Part shown: piece after piece, positions 38,081 through 45,698 of the stretch
How the letters are laid out: every line of letters starts with the position of its first letter
Numbering within the stretch: position 1 is the first letter of the stretch
NCBI GenBank assembly: GCA_014859265.1
Contig: JACUUN010000005.1
Span: 1 to 57,626, forward strand
Direction: 5' to 3'
DNA length: 57,626 nt
From: Coriobacteriia bacterium
Lineage (GTDB): Bacteria; Actinomycetota; Coriobacteriia; Anaerosomatales; SLCP01
The notes under the pieces: model-generated
Databases searched by the model: none
What the model was told of the DNA's origin: nothing
Seen by the model: the letters and a program-made list of their open reading frames with translations, nothing else
Position numbers and translations under genes: made by a program

Positions 38081-39264
38081 GCCTGCCGCACCTCCGCAAG
38101 AAACGAGGTACCGCGCCCACAGCGGCCGGGTATCCTGTAGAAGTCGAGCACGGTCTCACCGATGTCGGAGAAGGTGGCGCGTGTGCCGAGATCGACCCCG
38201 CGGTCGATTCCTTTGAGCTTCGCGATGAGCGGAGTGTGCTCCCGGCTGTGATCGGTGGAGGGCATGGTCGGATCGCAGCCGTGGTCGGCAGTGATGATGA
38301 GCAGGTCGCCGTCGATCATCGCGCTGAGCAACTCTGGCATGCGGGCATCTACGGCCTCCAGCCCGCGCCCATAGCCTTCTGCGTCGTTTCGATGCCCCCA
38401 GAGCATGTCGAAGTCGACCAGGTTCGCGAAGACGAACCCGGGTGTATCGCTGTTCACGCGCTTCACGAGCTTGCTGAAACCATCCATGTTGTCGGTGACG
38501 TGTGGTGACTCGCACACCCCCTGCCACGCGAAGATCTCGCCGATCTTGCCGATGCCGTACGTGTCCACCCCGATCTCCGCGAGGCGATCGAGCGCGGTGG
38601 GCTCGACGGGCTTGAGGGCGAAATCACGTCGCCGGTGTGTGCGAGTATAGCCTTCTTCGTCGGAGCCGATGAACGGTCGTGCGATTATCCTGCCCACTGC
38701 ATGCTCCCCGACGCACACCCTCTCCCGGGCAATCGAGCAGAGCTCGTAGAGCCTCTCGATCGGGACGATATCCTCGTGGGCGGCGATCTGGAAGACGCTG
38801 TCGGCGCTCGTATAGACGATCGGCTTGCCGGTTCGCACATGCTCATCCCCGAGATCCTGGATGATCACGGTCCCGCTAGCAGGGTAGTTTCCGAGCCATC
38901 CGACACCGGTCTCGCGCTCGAAGGCCTCCATGACCTCGTCGGGAAATCCTTCGGGATACGTCGGGAACGGGCTCGTCAGGTGAAGGCCCATCATCTCCCA
39001 GTGGCCGGTCGTGGTGTCTTTCCCGGCGCTCGCCTCGGCATTGCGACCCCATGACGCCTGCGGCTCGTCAGTGGGTGGCACTCCGAGAATGTCAGTGATG
39101 TTTCCGAGCCCCAGTGCGCCGAGGTTCGGCAGGGACAGCCCACCTGCCGCGAGAGCCGTGTTGCCGAGGGTGTTGCTTCCCTCGTCCCCGTAGTCGGCCG
39201 CATCCGGCAGGGCGCCGACGCCGACGCTGTCGAGTACGAGTACAATCGCACGCAGCTCTCTCAT
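38077..39264 (-). CDS. deoB: Phosphopentomutase
   Basis: 'LDSVGVG', 'GKDTTTGHWE', 'YTSADSVFQIAAHE', 'NLVDFD..GHR', 'TADHGCDP', 'DHSRE'. Confidence 0.97.
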   Translation of the reverse strand: MRELRAIVLVLDSVGVGALPDAADYGDEGSNTLGNTALAAGGLSLPNLGALGLGNITDILGVPPTDEPQASWGRNAEASAGKDTTTGHWEMMGLHLTSPFPTYPEGFPDEVMEAFERETGVGWLGNYPASGTVIIQDLGDEHVRTGKPIVYTSADSVFQIAAHEDIVPIERLYELCSIARERVCVGEHAVGRIIARPFIGSDEEGYTRTHRRRDFALKPVEPTALDRLAEIGVDTYGIGKIGEIFAWQGVCESPHVTDNMDGFSKLVKRVNSDTPGFVFANLVDFDMLWGHRNDAEGYGRGLEAVDARMPELLSAMIDGDLLIITADHGCDPTMPSTDHSREHTPLIAKLKGIDRGVDLGTRATFSDIGETVLDFYRIPGRCGRGTSFLAEVRQA

Positions 39265-39362
39265 GCGAACATCACCACTGCGATAGCCCCTTTCCGGCCC
39301 TGTTCAGCCAAGATATCCCGACGCTCAGAGATGCGTGACCGAGCTGCTTCTACTCACTGAGA

Positions 39363-39650
39363 CTATCCCCGAGTGCGGGCGACGCTGAGCGCCCACTCGA
39401 TTAGAAGAACGACGACGACAGTCAGCGCTGCTCCGACATCGAACACGCCCCCGTACGGTGTACGTGCGCCGCTGATACCCACTCGCAGGACGAGGAACTC
39501 CGTGAAGTCAACGATCGCGCGCCCCGCAACGGTTATAGCGAGGGCTCCGAAGAACTCGACGACGATACGGCCCGTCAGCAACACTGCGACCACGAAGAGG
39601 ACGTTCATGAAGAACGTCAGAATAAAACGCGCCTGGGCGGAACCTGGCAT
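39363..39650 (-). CDS. Small membrane protein, YggT-like
   Basis: Two hydrophobic segments with 'TPYGGVFD'; ATG 39650 after GGGGA. Confidence 0.6.
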   Translation of the reverse strand: MPGSAQARFILTFFMNVLFVVAVLLTGRIVVEFFGALAITVAGRAIVDFTEFLVLRVGISGARTPYGGVFDVGAALTVVVVLLIEWALSVARTRG

Positions 39651-39729
39651 CGCATCCCCCGGATACGGTACGTCGTTACACTCCGAGTATGGAGGGAACG
39701 GGCGTGCGATACCAGGTGAGGAGGCGTAC

Positions 39730-39984
39730 CTAGCGCACCGAATCGGAGATCGCGCGGCCGATGATCTTGGCTGCAACCTCCTCGGCGGACGGAGGGTGAG
39801 TCTCCATCCGATCTTTCGCTTCGCTCACCCGCTCATCGCGCGTCTCGGGGAGGGTGTCGAGAACCTCTCGTACCCGCTTGAGCAGGTGTTCGGGAACATC
39901 GCCGGGAATCGAATGCTCATTATGTGTGTCATGTGTTCGCAGGTAGTCGACGGCGAGTCGGACCTGCTCCTCTGAGATAATCAT
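39730..39984 (-). CDS. FlgM-like anti-sigma-28 factor (84 aa)
   Basis: C-terminus 'LPETRDERVSEAKDRM...SAEEVAAKII' resembles the FlgM R..RV..K..I...Y.v....iA.K pattern; preceded by a sigma-28-type promoter. Confidence 0.65.
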   Translation of the reverse strand: MIISEEQVRLAVDYLRTHDTHNEHSIPGDVPEHLLKRVREVLDTLPETRDERVSEAKDRMETHPPSAEEVAAKIIGRAISDSVR

Positions 39985-39994
39985 CGCATTACTA

Positions 39995-40022
39995 GTATCG
40001 GCTCGAAGAACCGTCCTCTTGA
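39995..40022 (-). promoter_or_regulatory. Sigma-28 (FliA/SigD/WhiG)-type promoter
   Basis: TCAAG-15 nt-GCCGATAC, ending 10 nt before the ATG. Confidence 0.75.
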
Positions 40023-40128
40023 CCTTTTCCGCGAGACCGCACAAGGGTGTCCGGCGAAGGGAGAGCCCCAAGGCCGGCACCTTGAGGCTCAGGGGTAAGG
40101 GGTTGCATTCGCATGCAACTCAAAAACG

Positions 40129-40157
40129 ATTCTAGCCCTCGAACAATTGTGATGCAA
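40129..40157 (-). promoter_or_regulatory. Sigma70-type promoter upstream of the FlgM-like gene
   Basis: TTGCAT-17 nt-TAGAAT, followed by the palindrome GTTGCAT-N4-ATGCAAC (40102-40119). Confidence 0.6.
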
Positions 40158-40184
40158 GACCCTTGTGAAAATCTTCCCTTGCCC

Positions 40185-41624
40185 TCAGGCGAAGGTCAGG
40201 ACCCGCAGAACCGACTGCAGACCGAGGACCAGTGGCACGATCCCGATCGCGACAATCAGCACCGCGACGGTTGCGATCGCCACCTCGGATCCGCGGTCGG
40301 TGGTCCCCTCGTCACCCGGCTCGTGCGATACCGTTGGAGTCTCGAAGTATAGAGACCTCAGGACCGCACCGTAATACCCGAACGATACGACCGATGCGAT
40401 GACCCCGAAGAGCGCCAGCCACCAGTACCCTGCCGAGACCGCAACCCCGAAAACCATGAACTTGCCCCAGAAGCCGGCCGTCAGCGGCATACCGATAAGT
40501 GAGAACATCGTGACAGTCACCGCGGCTCCGAGCATCGGGCGCTCCCGCCCCAGACCCGCAAGGGCCGCGATGGTGCCGTCCCATCCCGGCCTGGCGGCCC
40601 GGAATGCACCTGCTGCGAGGAACGCACCGGCCGCAGCTAGCGCATACGCCGTAACTAGCAGAGCAGCTGAGGTCATTGCTGGCGCGCCAAGCGCAACGCC
40701 GACGAGTGCGTATCCGATCTGGGCGACACCCGAATACGCGAGCATCCGTGTGTACGAACGCTGAAGCAGACCGCCGCTGGCTCCGAACGCCATCGAGAGA
40801 ATCGCCAGGAGCCCGAACACCCACAGCTGGTACGTGGTGTCCAGGCCGGCGAACACCGAGCGTGAGAAGAGGATGATCATGGCGACTACCGCCGCCAACT
40901 TCGGTATGCCGGCCAGAAGCGCTGCGAAGTGCGAGGGAGCCGATTCGAACGCGTCCAGCGCCCAGGAGTGGAACGGGAACGCCCCTACCTTGTAGGCGAG
41001 CGCAACGGCGATAAGCACGAAGGCCGTGGTGACCGGCGAACCTGTTTCCGTGCCCATGACGCCACGTATCCATACGTAGGAGGTGGAACCACCGTAGAGC
41101 CCGAAGAGAATCGCCAGACCGAGAACGAAGAACCCAGTCGCGATCGCGCCCTGAACGAAGTACTTCACCGCAGCTTCGATTGCCGGGGCCGTGCGCGCGG
41201 ACCAAACTAACGCATACGCGCAGAGCGCTAGCCCTTCGAGGGCGATCAGAAGTACAAGGATGTCCGCTGCAACCGCAATGGACGCGGCAGCTGCGACGGA
41301 GACCGTGGCAAGCGCAGCCAGTCCTCCACCGGAGCTAGCCTCTGTGAGCGGGCGCCATGAACCCAGCAAGACCAGAGCGCCGATGGCACAGATAATGCCG
41401 ACGATCGCGGAGAACCCTGTCCCTGACAGCACTACGTCACCGGTCAATTCAGGCGCGCGGGCACTGCCCGCAAATGCGAGGACCGACCCGGCTACGAGCC
41501 CGGCAACCGCGGCCGCTATGGCAAGACCCCGGCGCTCGAACGCGTCGAATGCGACGGCGGCGGCGGCCCCGACGACGCATACGATCTGGGGCGCGAACGC
41601 GACCAGCATGCTGACCTCGGTCAC
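40185..41624 (-). CDS. nuoN: Complex I subunit N
   Basis: 'IEAAVKYF', 'YKVGAFPFHSW', 'RMLAYSGVAQIGY', 'GMPLTAGFWGK'. Confidence 0.93.
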   Translation of the reverse strand: MTEVSMLVAFAPQIVCVVGAAAAVAFDAFERRGLAIAAAVAGLVAGSVLAFAGSARAPELTGDVVLSGTGFSAIVGIICAIGALVLLGSWRPLTEASSGGGLAALATVSVAAAASIAVAADILVLLIALEGLALCAYALVWSARTAPAIEAAVKYFVQGAIATGFFVLGLAILFGLYGGSTSYVWIRGVMGTETGSPVTTAFVLIAVALAYKVGAFPFHSWALDAFESAPSHFAALLAGIPKLAAVVAMIILFSRSVFAGLDTTYQLWVFGLLAILSMAFGASGGLLQRSYTRMLAYSGVAQIGYALVGVALGAPAMTSAALLVTAYALAAAGAFLAAGAFRAARPGWDGTIAALAGLGRERPMLGAAVTVTMFSLIGMPLTAGFWGKFMVFGVAVSAGYWWLALFGVIASVVSFGYYGAVLRSLYFETPTVSHEPGDEGTTDRGSEVAIATVAVLIVAIGIVPLVLGLQSVLRVLTFA

Positions 41625-41625
41625 G

Positions 41626-43074
41626 TTAGGCCCCCGTTCCGACGACGAGCGCGAGCGCGGCGAAGACGTCGCCGGTCATCGCGAGGACGAGCCTCGGCCA
41701 CACGCCGAGGACGATGACTGCTGCAACGAGCAGCCCGACCGGAATCAAGTCCCCGGCGGTCAGGTCGCGAATCCCTGCCCACTCTCCCGCCACCTCGCCG
41801 TGGAGGACCTCTCTAACCGCACGCAGGTTGTACGCGGCGGCGAGAACGATGCCGGGCATGACAAGGGTGATCGGCCACGACCACGCACCGAATCCCTCGA
41901 TCACCGCGAGAAACTCACCGGGAAAACCCGACAGGCCCGGAAGGCCGAGACTCGCGAGCGCCGCGAAGGTTAGAGCCGTCCCCCACCGGGGGGTCAGAGA
42001 GCCGAGGCCGCCGAACCGGGCGATCTCCCGCGTGTGGGCGCGGTCGTACAACTGGCCGACCAGCAGGAAGAGCAGTGGCGCGATAGCCCCGTGGCTCACC
42101 ATAACAAGCATGGCTGCCGAGAAGCCCCGCTCCCCACCGGTCGAGAGCGCGAGCAAAACGAAGCCCATGTGCGCGACGCTCGAATATGCTACGAGGCGCT
42201 TCAAATCGGCCTGGACCAACGCGACCGCGGCTCCGTATACGATTCCCACGCCGCCGAGCACTGCGAAGATCCAGGACACCTCGGCAAAGACACCAGGAGC
42301 TATCGGAATGGCGAGACGCAGCAGACCGTAGCCGCCCATCTTCAGAAGCGCCCCGGCCAGCAGTATCGAGCCTGCGGTTGGCGCTTCAACATGGGCGTCG
42401 GGAAGCCAGGTGTGCAGCGGAAACGCTGGAAGCTTCACCAGCATGCCGGCAGCGAGCAGCCAGAAGACCACCATCGGATCCGGAAGGGCGACCCGGCCGG
42501 CAACGAGCGAGTCTATGCTCGTGGCACCGATGGTGAAGATCGCCATCAGGATGCCGACCAGCATGAGCGCGCTTCCCGCGAACGTATAGACGAAGAACTT
42601 CATCGCAGCGTGTCTGCGGTCCTCATGTCCCCAGACACCGATCAGGAAGTACATCGGGATGAGCACGGCCTCCCAGAACACATAGAGAAGCACGACGTCT
42701 GCCGCAAGGAAGACTCCGGCGAGCGCCGCCTGGAGTCCGAGGAGCAGCGCGTGGTGCACCGCAGGACGTTCCTCGACCTTCCACGAGGCCAGCACCGCAA
42801 CGGGGCCGAGCAGCGCGGTGAGTACGAGTAGAGGTGCCGAAAGCCCGTCGATGCGCAAATCCCAGAAGGGCACAGACTCCTGCGCGACGCGCACGCCGGA
42901 AAGCGCCTGCCCGGTGAAGATCCCTTCTCCCGCCAGCGAGAGCAAGGCTGCAGCGAACCCCAGGGTGGCCGCAAGGGCCACCACACGCGCAAATGACGGA
43001 GCGAACCTGCCCGCAACCAGGCAGGCCACGACTCCGGCGAGCGGCACCAGTATGAGCAGCTCAAGTGCGATCAT
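41626..43074 (-). CDS. nuoM: Complex I subunit M
   Basis: 'DGLS', 'FWEAVLIPMYFLIG.WG', 'PLHTWLPDAHVEAPT', 'DLKRLVAYSS', 'GLPGLSGFPGEF'; ATG overlaps the nuoL stop. Confidence 0.95.
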   Translation of the reverse strand: MIALELLILVPLAGVVACLVAGRFAPSFARVVALAATLGFAAALLSLAGEGIFTGQALSGVRVAQESVPFWDLRIDGLSAPLLVLTALLGPVAVLASWKVEERPAVHHALLLGLQAALAGVFLAADVVLLYVFWEAVLIPMYFLIGVWGHEDRRHAAMKFFVYTFAGSALMLVGILMAIFTIGATSIDSLVAGRVALPDPMVVFWLLAAGMLVKLPAFPLHTWLPDAHVEAPTAGSILLAGALLKMGGYGLLRLAIPIAPGVFAEVSWIFAVLGGVGIVYGAAVALVQADLKRLVAYSSVAHMGFVLLALSTGGERGFSAAMLVMVSHGAIAPLLFLLVGQLYDRAHTREIARFGGLGSLTPRWGTALTFAALASLGLPGLSGFPGEFLAVIEGFGAWSWPITLVMPGIVLAAAYNLRAVREVLHGEVAGEWAGIRDLTAGDLIPVGLLVAAVIVLGVWPRLVLAMTGDVFAALALVVGTGA

Positions 43075-44900
43075 CACAACCCCCGTCCAACGTATGAAAC
43101 GAGGGCGAGCAACGCTACGGCCCCGGCGCCAAGCATCGTGGCGTACCACTGGGCGTCCCCGGACTGAAGCGAGGTGAACACCCGTCCAAGCCCACGGGCA
43201 CCCGGGGCGGCACCTTCCGCGATTCCGTCGACGACCCTGCGATCGACGAAGTCGTAGAGCACACGGGAAACACCGATGACCGGAGACAGGACGGCCCGCT
43301 CGACCAGCGTGTCGGCACCCCAACCGGTCCGCATGAGCGACGCGAGTCGCTCGAAGGATGGGCGCGCGAAAGCGGGGTGGTCGATACCGGCGACCTTCCA
43401 GCCCGCAAGCAGTCCGGCGACAGCAAACAGGGTCGACGCGAGCGCTATCCTGAGATCGAGAGAGCCTTGATGCGCTCCGACTACGTCTGCGACCGACGCT
43501 GCCGCAAAGCCCAGCCCGCCAGCGAACGCAGCGAGGATGATGAGTGGGATCCGCATGCTCCACCCGCCCTCGTGGGGATGGCCGCTCCCGCGATACACAT
43601 CGAAGAACGCGAGCCGGGTGGTGCGGGCGATATAGAACGCTGTCATCAGGCTCGCACCGAAGAGGATGGCGGCCCACATCGGCTCGGCACCGGCGACATC
43701 ATGAAGTATCTCGTCTTTGCTGAAGAAACCTGCGAGCGGCGGCAGTCCCGCAAGTGCTCCCGCGCCGATCAGCCACGTTGTGCCGGTCACCGGCATCTTA
43801 CGGAACAGCCCACCCATCTCCTCGAGCTCCTGCGTGCCCGAGCCATGGATCACGCTTCCGGAGCCCAGGAACAGCAATGCCTTGAAGGCGGCGTGCGTCA
43901 CCAAATGGAAGATCGCAGCGCCCCACGCGCCGACACCGAGCGCGGCGAACATGAAGCCGAGCTGACTGATGGTGGAGTACGCGAGGACCTTCTTGATGTC
44001 CGACTGTACGAGAGCGGCCGCGGCGGCACCGACGGCGGTCACGCCGCCGATGGCGAGCGTCACGGCAAGTGCCTCGCTCGAAAGAGAGAAAAGCGGCCAC
44101 GCGCGAGCAACGAGGAAGACGCCGGCCGCCACCATAGTGGCCGCGTGGATGAGCGCCGAGACTGTAGTCGGGCCTTCCATGGCATCGGGCAGCCATATCT
44201 GCAGCGGGAACTGTGCCGACTTACCGACCGCGCCCACCAGAAGGAGCAGGCTCGCAGCGGTGACGATGCCGGGCGCCAGCGAGGGGGCCGCCGCGAACAC
44301 CGCCGAGTACGAGAGATCACCGACCTCACGCCAGAGCAGGGCCAGCGCGAGGAGCAGACCGACGTCGCCGACCCGCGTGGTGAGGAAGGCCTTGACCGCA
44401 GCCTTGGCGGCAGCGGGACGGGTGAACCAGAATCCGATCAACAGGTACGAGCACGTTCCGACCAGCTCCCAGCCGATGAACAACCCTACCAGCCCGTCGG
44501 CCACGACGAGCATGCTCATCGCCGCCGTGAAGAGACAGAGTGCCGCGTAGTAACGAGGCAAGCCGTTCTCACCGTGCATGTAGCCGGCGGAGAACATCAC
44601 CACGAGCGCGGCGACAAGGCCGACCACGACGAGCATCACCGCGGTCAGGCCATCGACGGCCCAACCCACCGTGAGGCCGCCGGCACCGCCGATTGTGAGC
44701 CATTCGACAGAGTCGGCGCGAGCGGAGCCGTGGACGCCCTCCACCAGCGAGAGTGCTCCGTAGGCTAGGACCCACACGGGAGCGACAATGGCTACCGCGG
44801 GGGTCAGGCGTCCGAGGAGGCGCCCTGATACGGCAACCACCACCGCGAGGGCCAGCGGAAGCATGACGACCGACCAGCCGGAGTCGAGGAAGCCGCTCAT
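43074..44900 (-). CDS. nuoL: Complex I subunit L
   Basis: 'GWELVG.CSYLLIGFW', 'GKSAQFPL..WLPDAMEGPT', 'DIKKVLAYSTISQLG', 'HAAFKALLFL', 'GFFSKD'. Confidence 0.96.
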   Translation of the reverse strand: MSGFLDSGWSVVMLPLALAVVVAVSGRLLGRLTPAVAIVAPVWVLAYGALSLVEGVHGSARADSVEWLTIGGAGGLTVGWAVDGLTAVMLVVVGLVAALVVMFSAGYMHGENGLPRYYAALCLFTAAMSMLVVADGLVGLFIGWELVGTCSYLLIGFWFTRPAAAKAAVKAFLTTRVGDVGLLLALALLWREVGDLSYSAVFAAAPSLAPGIVTAASLLLLVGAVGKSAQFPLQIWLPDAMEGPTTVSALIHAATMVAAGVFLVARAWPLFSLSSEALAVTLAIGGVTAVGAAAAALVQSDIKKVLAYSTISQLGFMFAALGVGAWGAAIFHLVTHAAFKALLFLGSGSVIHGSGTQELEEMGGLFRKMPVTGTTWLIGAGALAGLPPLAGFFSKDEILHDVAGAEPMWAAILFGASLMTAFYIARTTRLAFFDVYRGSGHPHEGGWSMRIPLIILAAFAGGLGFAAASVADVVGAHQGSLDLRIALASTLFAVAGLLAGWKVAGIDHPAFARPSFERLASLMRTGWGADTLVERAVLSPVIGVSRVLYDFVDRRVVDGIAEGAAPGARGLGRVFTSLQSGDAQWYATMLGAGAVALLALVSYVGRGL

Positions 44901-44901
44901 C

Positions 44902-45207
44902 TCAGCCTTTCACCTCCGCGAGCTCGTCGACGCGCGTCGTCTTGAACCGCCGGGCAACCGAGATCACGAGAGCGAGCCCGACCGCAGCCTCGGCGGCAGC
45001 AAGCACGATCACCATGACGCCTGTCGCCTCTACGGCACCCTCGTGCGCACCAACGGGCGTGCCTGCCGCGGCAAGACCGACAAGGAGTAGGGTCGCGGAG
45101 CCGAGCATCACCTCTATGCTCGCGAGAATCGCCACGAGGTCACGGCGTGTAAGAACCCCATACAGGCCCAGCGAGAACAGCCCTACCGTGATGACCAGCA
45201 GGCTCAT
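44902..45207 (-). CDS. nuoK: Complex I subunit K
   Basis: 'GLYGVLTRR', 'IEVML', 'AAAEAAVGLA'. Confidence 0.94.
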   Translation of the reverse strand: MSLLVITVGLFSLGLYGVLTRRDLVAILASIEVMLGSATLLLVGLAAAGTPVGAHEGAVEATGVMVIVLAAAEAAVGLALVISVARRFKTTRVDELAEVKG

Positions 45208-45698
45208 CGGTCATCACCTCCAAGTATCACGACGACAGAGACCAAAACCGCCAGCAGTAGGACGCCACCCATCTCGAAATGAGTCAGCATCGGTCCGAGG
45301 AATGCCTCGGTGAGTTCGGCAGGCCCCGACTCTATCCCCTGGTTGACCGAGTCGGGCACAACGCCGCGAAGTGCCATGACGACCATGAAGAACAGCCCGC
45401 CTGCGACAGCGAGTGCTGCGACGTCATGCCGTGTCTCCAGAAGCGGGGATCCGTCGGGTGATCGGTGCACCAGCATGATGGCGAAGATCATCAGCACGAG
45501 CACGCCACCGATGTAGACGAACAATTGGACCACACCGAGGAAGGTCGCACCCCAGTACACGAAGAATCCGGCGACAGCGAGAAGGAAGGCGCCAAGGCCC
45601 ATCGCCATGCGGCTCACATCACGCGCGAACACCGTCACGACCGCGCCGGAGACGGCGACAACGCCAAGGAGGGCGAAGATGATGCTCGCAAGGGTCAC
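45204..45698 (-). CDS. nuoJ: Complex I subunit J
   Basis: 'FLGVVQLFVYIGGVLVLMIFAIML', 'FEMGGVLLL'. Confidence 0.93.
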   Translation of the reverse strand: MTLASIIFALLGVVAVSGAVVTVFARDVSRMAMGLGAFLLAVAGFFVYWGATFLGVVQLFVYIGGVLVLMIFAIMLVHRSPDGSPLLETRHDVAALAVAGGLFFMVVMALRGVVPDSVNQGIESGPAELTEAFLGPMLTHFEMGGVLLLAVLVSVVVILGGDDR

